A stretch of DNA of 64,000 nt from Felis catus (Eukaryota). This document shows, piece after piece, positions 51,959-64,000 of this stretch (within the stretch, counting starts at the first letter, position 1; each line of letters begins with the position of its first letter). Below the pieces are notes generated by a model. That model searched no databases and was not told the DNA's origin. It was given only the letters and a program-made list of their open reading frames with translations. The stretch covers positions 172,486,001-172,550,000 of the forward strand of contig NC_058368.1 of NCBI RefSeq assembly GCF_018350175.1, read 5' to 3'. A program made the translations under genes and the position numbers.

Positions 51959-53812
51959 TAACATTAGATATTATGCAAGATTCAGCTTATCTTCTCAATG
52001 ACCTGCAAAAACTGCCATTCAATCTCTGCCATTCCTGGGGGGAAATACTCATTCAGAGCACCTGTTTCAGGTGCTTTAGAAATATAATTTCATTTAATCC
52101 TCATAATACCTTTAAAAGGTATTCTCTCCATTTTACAGAGTATATCAGTTCCTTATAAGAGGTACCTGTCCCAAATTCCTGGCACAGCAGGTATTTAAAC
52201 AGGTTGGTGGATGAATGAAGGAACAGAGGGCACCTCTTTTGTAATCCCAGCAATAGACCTAGAACCTTGCAGTAAGCACTCAGCAATAATGGTCAGTATG
52301 ACAAATAGATAAGTGGTTCCTAATATATAAATGGTCCTCCCAGACCCCAAAATTATGCAAGGCAGTCATATCTGAAAGGTAATAGAATGAAAGGGTACTG
52401 GGAAAAGACTGGAGGGATTTCAGTGTGGAGGCAAAAACGATTTGGGGAAATGTTCCACTTTTTAAAGATGATTTTAAGTGTATTTTAACAACACTTCCAG
52501 AATAGTTATCCTTTCAGATCATTTTAGGTCACACTTTTATGGGGAAATTACAGCACACACATAACACCATAATTATAAAAAGATAATTGCACCCACATTT
52601 TTTCACCAAGGCAAAAAGATTCATATTACAACATGTTTTTGACATATAAAAGACCTCATAACCTACTGTGAATGATAAACTTGTAATTGTATTTATTTTT
52701 TCCAATGTAAAAGAGGAGTAGCTAGAAGCGATAACAGAAGATAAAGAAGAAATTTTCATCAAGTGCTCTTCGGTTGAATAACCAAGGCTAATAAAATTTT
52801 TTATGCTAGGCTCCAAATGTATACTTGATCCCTGGCCTTTATAAATGTAAGTGGTCCACCCACCGAGCCTGTCACCAGGAGCCTCAAAGCCCAGCCAGCC
52901 TGGAAGCCTCCCACCTATCCCCATCCTTTTCAGTTCTCTTTTGGTCTCTTTCTTTCTACCATATAATATCCCTCTCAGTTCTTCTTGCTTCACCCGTAAC
53001 TTAGACCTGTACACCTGACTCCCTAATCCCTATCAACCCTGCTCTCACTACTAATGCCTGCTGCCTAGACAAATGTTGCCACTCAGAACAAGGCGGTGTT
53101 GTCAATGTTTACTCTGGCTCTGTGGTTGTACTTTGGCTGGGACAGAAACCCAAACCTCTCCCTGAGGCTGACACTGTGACTCTTGCTAATGTCCCCAAAT
53201 TTTATTATTTATATACTCTTCACCAGCATTTAAAAACATTTCTGAGTGCAAACCCATCATGTTAAAGTTCTCCTAAATATCTTCCAGAGTACTTTACTTT
53301 TAGAAAATGGCACTAAAGTAGAAATAATATGGGAGGAAATGTTATTACACTTTTCTTTGAAGGGTAAAAAAAAAAAATGCAATGTTCTTTTCATGACTAA
53401 TTTTCTCTTATTCCACTCACTCTCTCAGATTCTAATTAAAATATCTTAACATGAAAAGCAGACGAGGCCTTGTAGTCTGATGACAGAAATGAAAAGGGAA
53501 AGATTTAATCTTGGTGTGCGTGGCAGCCGCAGGCGAGGAATTTTGTCATTGTGTCTCATTTCCTGAAGTTTTACACGGGTATATATCACTTGTCACACTA
53601 TGAAAGCAAGCCAAGTCAACAACTTTTAGAGCAATGCATCTGCCTTATAAGCGAGAGAGTATGGAAATTTGAGGAATTTTCTAGACTATTGTAGAAAATC
53701 TAATCTGTGATAGATTGACATTTGGTAGAATAAAATAAAATGAGTTTTCAGGAAAAAAAAAGATTTTAAAAGGACCTATAAAAAAATAAGCTCAATTTTA
53801 AAAATTAGATTC

Positions 53813-53862
53813 TTCTGTCTCTCTCTGTCTCAAAAATAAATAAACGTTAAAAAAAATAAAAA
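53813..53862 (+). mobile_element. Severely 5'-truncated CanSINE (tail only)
   Basis: tctgtctctctctgtctcaaaaataaataaacgttaaaa, with 13-bp TSD aaaaattagattc (53800-53812, 53863-53875). Confidence 0.85.
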
Positions 53863-54334
53863 AAAAATTAGATTCAATTCTTCCAAATTGATATAAAAGT
53901 TTCTGAACTTTTTAAAATTTCCAATTCCTGTACTTATTTCCAATTCTTGTACTTACTTTATTGCAGTCAGGTAAGAAAAACACTTAGTCTGTGGGCCATT
54001 CTTTGAGTAACACTGTTCGAGGTATTGTGCATGTGGCTAAAGCAATTCCTTAGTCCCTAGAAACGGATGTCGGAAGCAATGGTACCAAACAGCAATAACA
54101 CCAGGATCCTTCATAGCTCTCCATTTTGTTCACTTGGACAGATCATTCTAAGGAAAGCAAGTATACAGTGCAACAACATGCAAGTCTATATTCAGGTTTA
54201 GTGAACACCATATTGGGGAAATAACCCACAGAAAAGCCATCATAATCTTATAGTTATAATATATTTAAGTTAAAATACTTTTTTTTTTTTTGCTGCTTGG
54301 AATCAGAAGGTAGATTTAAAAAAAGAAAAGAAGA

Positions 54335-54585
54335 GGGGCGTCTGGGTGGCTCAGTCGGTTGAGCGTCCGACTTCGGCTCAGGTCATGATTTCATGGTCCA
54401 TGAGTTCGAGCCCCGCGTCGGGCTCTGTGCTGGCAGCTCAGAGCCTGGAGCCTGCTTCGGATTCTGTGTCTCCCTCTCTCTCTGTGCCCCCCCGCCCCAC
54501 CCCACCCCCACTCATGCTCTGTCTGTCTCTCTGTCAAAAATAAATAAACATTAAAAAAAAAAGAAAAAAGAAAAGAAGAAAAAAC
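54335..54585 (+). mobile_element. CanSINE
   Basis: Full structure. Confidence 0.95.
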
Positions 54586-55499
54586 TATACTTACTTGACT
54601 GAATTCAAGCATTTAGGGTTGGTTTGTTGAATTAAATTTACTCAAATTGTGTACAGAACCACAGTTCTAAAAAACATTTATATTTATATTTAAAAATATA
54701 AATGTTAAAATATAGTGCTGTGAACTGTACAAAAAGGTTCTTTATGTTTTAGAAGTTTGGCATACAAACTATATCACAGATTATAAAATAGCAAGCCCAG
54801 GAGGGAGATCTATAGATCTAAAAATCAAAGAGAGCTCCTCCTGGTTTGTGCCTGGACCTGCTATGTAATGATAATGGCTTAGGGTGAGGTGCTAAAGTCC
54901 CAACTGGAGTCATAGAAAGTTGTTTGGGTAAGAAGGAGGAGAGGGGGAGGGCAGGTGCGGAAGAGGAAGGAAGGAAGTAGCAGAGGGACAAGGATATAGC
55001 CCCCCCACACCCCACTCCCTGAGGTGGTAGGGAGGCAGACCCTGGAGTGAGCATGTGATGTCTGGTTAGCAGAGACAGTGGCTCAGTGGTGAAGTGGTAA
55101 CTGTAAAACACCACCAACACTTTAGTTTTAAAGGTGAAAACTTGTTTGTTTCTTTTACTGAAGGTTGGGCTGATTCACCTCCTAGGGTGATTTTCAAATC
55201 AAGAAAAAGAAACCAACCTCTCCAATGCCTCCACATTACCAAAACTCAGGGGTTCTCAAGCATCAGCACCTTCCCTAATTCCCTCATCTATGAGGAAACA
55301 TAGAGAAATATGTCTATTTCCTATTAAGGCTGTAAGCAATGCCCTCAAATGGTTGGAAAAAAATACAGTGCCTTGGAGTGTTGGAAAATGAGCACTGATC
55401 ACAGAGAGAAAGTCACTAATGTAACATGAGTAAGCCCAGAAGCTCTGGACTGTGACCAGGTTCAGAAAAATACAGCCTTCAGTGACAAAGGTCAGGTTT

Positions 55500-56570
55500 A
55501 GGATTTAAAAAGAGCACCCCTCTCATACTCTGCCAGTGGGCGTATAACTTATACAAGGTGTACTGCAGTTTAGCAGCATCTGTCAAAATAAAAAATGCAT
55601 ATATCATTTGACCAGCAATTTTACTTCTAGAAATATCCACCCCACAGATATGCTGACGTACACAAAGCAATGAATGTACAGAGTCATTCAATGCAGCACC
55701 GTTTGTATTTGCAAAAGACTGAAAATCATATAAACATCCACCAGCGGGGGTGTGGTAAATAAAATAAAGTCCATCATACAATTAAATTAATACTAAACAG
55801 CCTTTAAAGGGGTGCTTGGGTGGCTCAGCCGGTTAAGCATCTGACTCCTGATTTCAGCTCAGATCATGACCTCATAGTTTGTGGGATCAAGACCCATGTT
55901 GAGCTCTGTGCTGTCAGCACAGAACCTGCTTGAGATTTTCTCTTTCCCTCTCTCCTGCCTCTCCTCCGTGCTCTCTCTCTGTCTCTCTTTCAAAACAAAT
56001 TAATTGATTAAAAATAAATAAAAATAAAAAGAATGAGGCAGCTCTATATAATGATGGCATAATCTCCAAAATATATCAAGTTTTAAAAAGGGCATGGGGC
56101 GCCTGGGTGGCGCAGTCGGTTAGGCGTCCAACTTCAGCCAGGTCACGATCTCGCGGTCCGTGAGTTCGAGCCCCGCGTCGGGCTCTGGGCTGATGGCTCA
56201 GAGCCTGGAGCCTGTTTCCGATTCTGTGTCTCCCTCTCTCTCTGCCCATCCCCTGTTCATGCTCTGTCTCTCTCTGTCCCAAAAATAAATAAACGTTGAA
56301 AAAAAAATTTTTTTAAAAAGGGCAGATGCAGATCAGTCTATATGTTATATGACCACATGTTTAAAAGAAGAAGTAGAATGTGTGTCCGTGTGCCCATGAT
56401 ATGCACAGCTTATCTCTGGAAGGACATCTAAGAAACTGTTACCAGGGACTGCATCTGGCAGGTGGCACCGTTATCTGGAGAACAGGGGTGGGACAGAAAC
56501 TGATTCTGCCACCTGCCCTTTTTTGGCACATTGTGAATTTTTATTCATGTACACATACGAGGCTTTTTTT
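55500..56570 (+). mobile_element. Old L1 (L1MC/ME-like) 3' region containing CanSINEs at 55809-56030 and 56096-56311
   Basis: tttgaccagcaattttacttctagaaat...cattcaatgcagca motifs; the young SINE has TSD tttaaaaagggca. Confidence 0.65.
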
Positions 56571-57894
56571 TTTCAAGCTACATAACAGGTCTACAATGAC
56601 AGAATCCTGGTATCTGAAGAGCAGTGTCAGAGAAAAGTGAGCCAAGATTAGCTTTGGCATCCAGCGCCTTGCCAAGAGGAAAATCAGATGCCTCCTTGTG
56701 ATGTATCAGCTTACAGGTTATTCCAGTTATTATCCTGCCAAGAGATTTTAGCGGCTTGCAATTCACACTTGGCCTTGACAATAGCTCACTTCGATTGTCC
56801 AAAACTCATTAGTTAATCTTTGGTAGGTAACTTATGTAATATGGACAACAATATATAAGATATTTTTAAAAGATTTAATTACTTGGGAGTTGGGGAGGAT
56901 TTGAATTCTTCTCACTCTCCGAACTTTGTAAAGATAAAAACAAAAAAGTGCTCAAAACCTACCAGACAAAGTGATTTAGGGGGAAAAGAGCCATACAAAA
57001 TTTTGCAAAAAAAAAAAAAAGTATAAATATTTCAAGTATATAGCAAAGTCTACATGACTATGCTATATTTTCCTTTTAAGCATCATTGTATGATTTTCAG
57101 TGAAGGGTATCATTTTTCTTCTGAAGATTCCAGAAAATCAAGATGCTTTCATGGTCCACCTCTTTTCTAAACAATTATGTCTCAAAAGCTAGACAATTCA
57201 TGGGCTAATTACTCCAAACCAATGTATAAATTAAAAGTTCACAGGTTCATCTTAGAAACTGAGACTGGAAAAAAAAAAAAACATTTACACTTGTTAAAAG
57301 CCTTACTTCTTGCCTGCACTAATGTGCAATTTGTTCATCCTGAAAAATTATGGTGAAGTTAAACACAAACAGTACTTTCTAAGTTAATTACAGATATCTT
57401 CCCTGCAATTTACATTTTAGAATCCAGCTCTATGCCTTTTTTTTCTTCCTTCCAAATGAAGGAAAGGAGTTGCCACCTTAAGATCATTCTGCATGTGCAT
57501 ATCTGATTTTCATCAAAAAAATCAGAGGAATCACAAATTCACTTGCACCATGGAGTGATGACTCTAGTCCCACTGGGGAATTTTCTAAAACTACCCAAAT
57601 CAGACCCATTCTGCTAGGACATAATAAACCCTTGCCTATGTAAATGTAATGTAAAGTCTCCTCAAGCTGAAACTCTATCATGGTCCTTTGACCTCTCTTC
57701 TGAACCAGTAATAAAAATAATCCTCTACAATCTCATTGGTAGTCTACATCTGTACCCACTAGTGAAAGCATAATTAAACCACATTTTTTAAATCGTCTAC
57801 ATATAGCTGGATATTCATTCAGAATAATATTTGAAAATAACTCATTCACAGAAAAGAAAATAAGAAACAAATTAAGAAGTAAAGATTATTTTTA

Positions 57895-58352
57895 TTTAAA
57901 AAAAATTTTAATGTTTATTTATTTTAAAAAAAAAATTTTTTTTCAATGTTTATTTATTTTTGGGACAGAGAGAGACAGAGCATGAACGGGGGAGGGGCAG
58001 AGAGAGAGGGAGACACAGAATCGGAAACAGGCTCCAGGCTCTGAGCCATCAGCCCAGAGCCCGACGCGGGGCTCGAACCCACGGACCGCGAGATCGTGAC
58101 CTGGCTGAAGTCGGACGCTTAACTGACTGCGCCACCCAGGCGCCCCTAATGTTTATTTATTTTTGAGAGAGAGCAAGAAACAGAGTGTGAGAGGGGTGGA
58201 GCAGAGAGAGAGAGGGAGACACAGAATCCAAAGGAGGCTCCAGGCTCTGAGTTGTCAGCACAGAGTCCAACGTGGGGCTCAAACCCACCAGCCGTCAGAT
58301 CATGACCTGAGCCAAAGTCGGATGCTTAACCGACTGAGCCATCCAGGCACCC
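57895..58352 (-). mobile_element. Nested CanSINEs: a young SINEC_Fc (57926-58146) inside the tail of an older SINE
   Basis: Outer TSD aagaagtaaagattattttta; inner TSD taatgtttatttatttt. Confidence 0.95.
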
Positions 58353-58750
58353 AAAGAAGTAAAGATTATTTTTAAATTTGAGGTCATGCATCTTACATAG
58401 AGAATTGAGTATCCCTGCTATCCTACCAGCAGGTTCAAGGAGATGACCTGCCTGCAGAGAATCTCAGTGAGGTTTGCATGGATCCATGAATAGAGCTTCC
58501 ACAGATGGGGGCAAATGCCATCATTAGGTCTGCTGAAAAGCCACCTTGAGCCTTGCCCATCTGGTGAAGGGGAGAAAGAACTAGCATTTCTTGAGAGTGC
58601 ATGATGCACCTGGCAAAGTGTTAAGAGTTTTATAGCTCTTGCTTGCCTTACTTAATCTTCACAACAATGCTGCAAAATGTTTTATTATTGACAGAAAATT
58701 CAAGCAACTAATCCAAAACCAAAGAGCAGTAGAATTAGAAATTTTAACTC

Positions 58751-59150
58751 AGGGTCCCCTGGGTGGCTCATTCAGTTAAGTGTCTGACTCTTGGTTTCAC
58801 GTTAGGTCATAATCTCATGGTTCATGGGATCGAGCCCCGCTTTAGCTCTGTGCTGACAGTGCGGAGCCTGCTTGGAATTCTCTCTCCTTCTCTATCTCAA
58901 AATAAATAAATAAATAAACTTTTAAAAAATAAAGAAACTTGGGGACACCTGGGTGGTTCATTCAATTAAGTGTCTGACTTTTGATTTTGGTTCAGGTCTT
59001 GATTTCACGGTTTGTGAGTTGGAGCCCCACGTTGGGCTCTTGGTTGACAGTGCAGAGCCTGCTTGAGATTCTGTCTCTCCTTCTCTCTGCTCCTCCCCAA
59101 CTTGTGCACACACACACTCTCTCTCAAAATAAATAAACTTAAAAAATTTT
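58751..59150 (+). mobile_element. Two adjacent CanSINEs (about 58751-58935 and 58941-59150)
   Basis: Two heads and two tails. Confidence 0.9.
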
Positions 59151-60539
59151 TTAATTCAGCTACATCTGATTCTTAAGGTCTGTATTCATCCACTATAATA
59201 AAACAAGCAATAGGACCTAAATATCAACTGCAGCAGAATAGATGAGTAAATACTACTTCTCCACTTAGTGAAAACAGATGCAGCCTCTAAATACAAATAT
59301 GGAGATCCTGGGCAACGTAAGAAATGCTTATAATAAACTGTACAAGAGAAAAAGGCAGAATACAAAAGTTTACCCACAAGTACTATAACTCCAGAATAAA
59401 TTAATATAATTATTAAGTATTGAGCCATACTTTGTGCTCAGCACTTGACATAATCCTCATGATAAAGGTGCAAAGAAGATATTATTATCTTCTTTTTAAA
59501 CTGAAGGAGACTAAGGATCATGCAGGTTGAGTAACTTGTTAGCTGGGATTTTGGCCAAAATCTACCTGGTTTCAAAGGACACACAGGAAATGTTTAAAAA
59601 GAAAACTGTTTAAGGAAAAGCTAAGCAATACGAGTATTATGGCAGCAAACAGAGTGAAAAGCATTCTTTAGACTCAGAGATAGATTGAGATCCTACTAAT
59701 ACTAGCTGTGTGACTTTGTTAAGGAACTCTGTCAGTCTCTATAGCCACTTTCTATTCAGGATAAAATCTGAGAAAGTGGTGAGTCCAGGGCCTCCCCTGC
59801 AGCAGGGTCCTTACATTCGATCCATTCTGCACATTCCATTATTCACTTGGCCAACATCACCTGCAAGCTATAGAATATGAGGATTGTGAGCGCTGCATAC
59901 AACTGGTTAAACCTCCTCAGTTAACAGATTAGAAATCTGAGGCCAGAGCTGAGTTTGTGGCTAGTTAAAGGCAGATCTTAAGTAGGTCTCCTAACTCCCA
60001 GTCCAGTGCCCTTTCCAGTTCATCAAGAGGCCTGGCTAGGAGAGGGGAGCAGAGGAAAAGGAAATGGAGATGTAGTAACACAAACTCCTAACATGACTCT
60101 AGCAAACAACCTCAGGTCCATCTGAAAGAAATATGCCTTGGACAGAGAAATGCTCACTCCCAACTCTTCCATTAGGTTGGTTTCTTAACGTAAAAGTTAT
60201 ATCTAGGACAGTGGTCTAAGACATAGAAGGCAAATTCTGGGGCAACAAAAGTAAACCTCAAGTATAGTTTTGCCCTGATTGTGTTCCAATTTTTCTAAAT
60301 TCCACCTTTGACATACTATATTATTTACCATGTTTACTCTATTTTTAAAAGAAAAAAGAGGGAGGGTGTTCTGTGGTAAAAATACTAGATCTTTCTCTTA
60401 GGGATATAAAATGTACTGTATCACTAAACACTGCAAATTTAGAAGAACCCTGTTTAATCTTCTTAACCTAACATTTTCCAATCTTAACCTGACAATGGCC
60501 CACTAGGTATGAAACAAATGTTCCATACCATATACCCAG

Positions 60540-60712
60540 ACATGAGGTTCTCAAAATGTGGTCCCCAGACCACCAGCATCACCTGGGACCTGGTAAGAAA
60601 TGTGAACTGCCAGGTCCAAACCCAGACCCATGGAATTAGAAGCTCTTGGGGTGTCTTACCAATTCTGCCAGGGGATTCTGGTGAGAGCTGAAGTCTGATA
60701 ACCACTAATCTA
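60540..60712. mobile_element. hAT-Charlie MITE (MER5A-like)
   Basis: ggttctcaaaatgtggtccccagaccaccagcatcacctgggacctggtaagaaatg...tgaagtctgataaccact. Confidence 0.75.
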
Positions 60713-61243
60713 GGCAAACCATGAAGGCTGTTTTATCATGAATACTGGTTGTTTTGGGGGGGTTCCCTTGGGCCAGTGCCTTCAAACCTCTCCTCTCACC
60801 TGAAGGAACAAGGGAGCAGGAGATGAATGAAAGTGTGCTAGGTTTCAGGGCAGATATCCACCCTGTCATCACTGTGCTTGTCTGTTTTGTATATTAGGCT
60901 ACAGATTAAGACTTTATTTGAATGCAAGTTTTCACAGCTTAAACAAAAGTTTGAAGCTCACTATTAAGGAGCTTCAGGATTTTAAGGAGCTCAGGACCTA
61001 GATCAATTGTAGTGCCTGCTAATTAGTCAAGGGGTCCTTTGATGGCTTAGGCTGGAATGGCAGCACATGGAGTCCGCACAGCAAAACAGGGATCGAAATT
61101 CTCACCGCATAACCCTGTAGTTACCCTTCTTCTGCACTTGAGAATTTAAAAATGTGTATTTGCACTTGTCTGGAATGTGGCTAACTAGAAGAGGCATTTC
61201 TGGACCTGGGCTCTGATCTTCATTTCCAAGCCTCCTTATAAAT

Positions 61244-61364
61244 CTTTTTTTTTTTTTTTTAAGATTTTAGTTTTAAGTAATCTCTACAACCAATGTGGGG
61301 CTCAAACTCACAATCCCGGGATCAAGAGTCACATACTGCACTGACTGAGTCAGCCAGGTGCCCC
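61244..61364 (-). mobile_element. Short CanSINE variant
   Basis: Poly-T, then taagtaatctctacaaccaatgtggggctc...ccaggtgcccc. Confidence 0.85.
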
Positions 61365-62138
61365 AAGATAAGTTAAGTCTTGCCACAAAGCCCTCTTTTC
61401 AGGGACAATGGAAATGCAAAACCCAAATTCTATTAACACAGTTAAATACTTGAGCATTACATCTAAATCATTAAGATAATTCTTACCAATTGAGATTCAG
61501 TAATTTTAAAGAAACATAAGAATCCTGTGCTACTCACTCAATCCTGCCCCACTCCAAAACTCAAAATGTGTACATCATATTGGGAGGATAGGGATATTTA
61601 CTGGTCTCTGTCCCTTCCCCAACACTTAGACCAAAGGTTCACGTGGAGCAGGCACTTAATAAATGTCACCTGAATAAATTATTTTAACATATTTAACAGT
61701 TATATTTGGTGCTATGGATTGCACATGAAAGTTTCTTTCCATTCTATTATTTTGTCATAAAAAATAAACAATATGCTTGCTACATACAGTGTTTTAATAT
61801 GGAAAATAATAAAAGCAAAGAAAAATTATCTGTATTTTTGTAGTATGCTATGATCATACTTCCCATTACAAATTTGTGCATTCTTACAGACATTGCTCAG
61901 GTATATCTACACATAGATATAGATATGTAGATCTTCATTTATGTGATTGTATCATATATGCAATGATATTTATTTCTCAAATTACACATCTATGTTTCTA
62001 CCTCTCCATATCTTCCCACTAAATGGAATAATGCTAAATGTACTGTTTTATAATCTGTGTATTCATGAAACAAAAAATCAGGAACATCTTTCCATGATAA
62101 TATATATGTGGCACAACATATCTTTAAAGTACCTGCAT

Positions 62139-62372
62139 GGGGGCGCTTGGGTGGCTCAGTTGATTAAGTGTCCAGCTCTTGGTTTCAGCTTAAGTCATGA
62201 TCTTGCAGTTTGTGAGTACGAGTCCCACATCGGATTCTGTTCTGGCAGTGTGGTGCCTGCTTGAGATTCTCTCTCTCCCTCTCTCTGCCCGTGCCCCACT
62301 CATGCTATCTCTGTCTCTCTCTCTCTCAAAAATAAATAAATAAACTTTATTAAAAAAATAAATTTTAAATTA
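62139..62372 (+). mobile_element. CanSINE within old L1 relics
   Basis: Full structure. Confidence 0.9.
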
Positions 62373-63125
62373 AATACCTACCTGCCTGGTATCCATTGTA
62401 TAGATATAGCATAATATGTTTTAAAAATCTATTTCATTGGTTGTTTCCATAATTTTTCTCTTATTAAAATGCTGTGATGGACATCCTTGAGTATTTGATT
62501 ACTTCGTTAGGTTACAGGTAGGACTGGTAGAAATGGGATGGGCTCAAAGAAAAGTATACTTAGTAAGGACTTTCACAGCCCTAAGGAAAGGCTGAATTGA
62601 TACTACTTTTACCAATATGTAAAAAAATCACACCTACACCAACACTGAGTATTCTCATATTCTAAAATATTTTCCAAAACAATAGGAAAAAGGTAGTCTC
62701 TTGGTTTTCATCCATTACTGTTGACAAAAATCAAACTTCTGATAACATTTTTGGTGACTGTGGAGTAACAGCCAATTTCATACATTGTTAGTGTAAGTGC
62801 AAATTGCTACAATCTCTATGGAGAAAATTTGTCAATATCTATGAAATTAAAAAATACACACTCCCCTGACCTAACAATTCTGCTTTTAGAGCATTCCTCT
62901 GCTGATATATTCTCAGATATGCCAAATTACCTATGCATAAAGATTTAAATTCAGCATTATTTTCTAAAGACAAACGATAGGAAACAATTTAGATATTTGT
63001 CATTACAGGAGCGGTAAAAAGAAATTGTGGTGTCTACATAATGAAATACTATGAAACTGTTCAAAAGAGTCATGTCCCAACTTTACTGTATGCTTGGAAA
63101 TTTTTACTTTAAAAATGTTAGGGGA

Positions 63126-63558
63126 GGGATGTCTGGGTGGCTCAGTCAGTTGAGTATTCGACTTCAGCTCAGGTCATGATCTTGGGGTTCCTGATTTCGG
63201 GCCCTGTATTAGGCTCGCTGATGTCAGCGTGGAGCCTGCTTTAGATCCTCTGTCCCCTTCTCTCTGCCCCTCCCTCGCTCACACTCTCTGTCTTTCTCAA
63301 AAATAAATAAACATTTAAAAATAAATAAATAGGGGGGCCTGAGTAGCTCAGTCGGTTAAGCATCCGACTTTGGCTCAGGTCATGATCATGCAATTCATGA
63401 GTTCGAGCCCTGCGTCAGATTCTGTGCTGACAGCTGGGAGCCTGGAGCCTGCTTTGGATACTGTGTCTCCCTCTCTGCCCCTCCCCTGCTCACACTCTGT
63501 CTCTCTCTGTCTCTCAAAATGAATAAACATTAAAATTTTTTTTAAATAAATAAATAAA
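63126..63558 (+). mobile_element. Two head-to-tail CanSINEs (about 63126-63331 and 63332-63558)
   Basis: The second head follows the first tail directly; aaataaataaata flanks the second copy. Confidence 0.9.
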
Positions 63559-63676
63559 TGTGTTAGGAGAATAAAGAAAAGACTGCTTATATGTATTATA
63601 TGGAAATATTTTCAAAAATAACTGTTATAAGAAGAAAGAAAGGTGTAGAAAAAACAGTGTTGCAGTGTTATATAAA

Positions 63677-63678
63677 TA

Positions 63679-63710
<32 letters not shown>

Positions 63711-63730
63711 CATATATACACACACACATA
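63677..63730. repeat. Compound (TG)n(TA)n(CA)n microsatellite
   Basis: Read directly. Confidence 0.9.
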
Positions 63731-64000
63731 TACATACAGATACAAAAATATATGTGTGTATACCAGTGTTCCCAGACAACCACAAAGGAGGCCCCCCAAA
63801 ATGGTAATGGTAATTGTCTTTGGGGAGGAGAATGTGGTAGCTGGAGAACAGCATGGGAGGAAAAATTTACTTTTTGTTGCACATAATTTTGTATTCTAGG
63901 ATTTTTTACCATGTGCATATTCCTGTTCAATAATGAATAAGTACATAGGTAGAACTTATATCTCATTTTGATTTATATTTTATTGAACTAGAGGTTGGCT

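Noticed and set aside
52529..53014. 161-aa minus-strand ORF
   Set aside because: Non-ATG start, no recognisable domain or splice structure, and intron-like composition.

Overview
Mammalian carnivore DNA, almost certainly from a felid, judged by the abundant tRNA-derived CanSINE/SINEC_Fc-type SINEs and carnivore L1 3' ends. The window lies entirely inside one gene on the minus strand, MCC (mutated in colorectal cancer). It holds two internal coding exons of the long, EF-hand-containing isoform: 36925-36678 (248 nt) and 6897-6683 (215 nt). Both have canonical AG/GT sites and matching phase across a 29.8 kb intron. The rest is intron: about 54 CanSINE copies or fragments by my count, several L1 fragments, L2/MIR, MaLR/ERV LTR relics, hAT-type DNA transposon relics and microsatellites. 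Nearly all other ORFs in the track are repeat-derived or spurious. I found no evidence for a new biological system. The most notable observations are retrotransposition events: an L1 with a 5' inversion plus a candidate 3' transduction, a foreign inverted 74-bp L1 patch inside another L1, and repeated insertions into the same target sites. The second EF-hand loop of MCC is also non-canonical. Repeat boundaries are approximate and family names come from recalled consensus motifs, not from a search.
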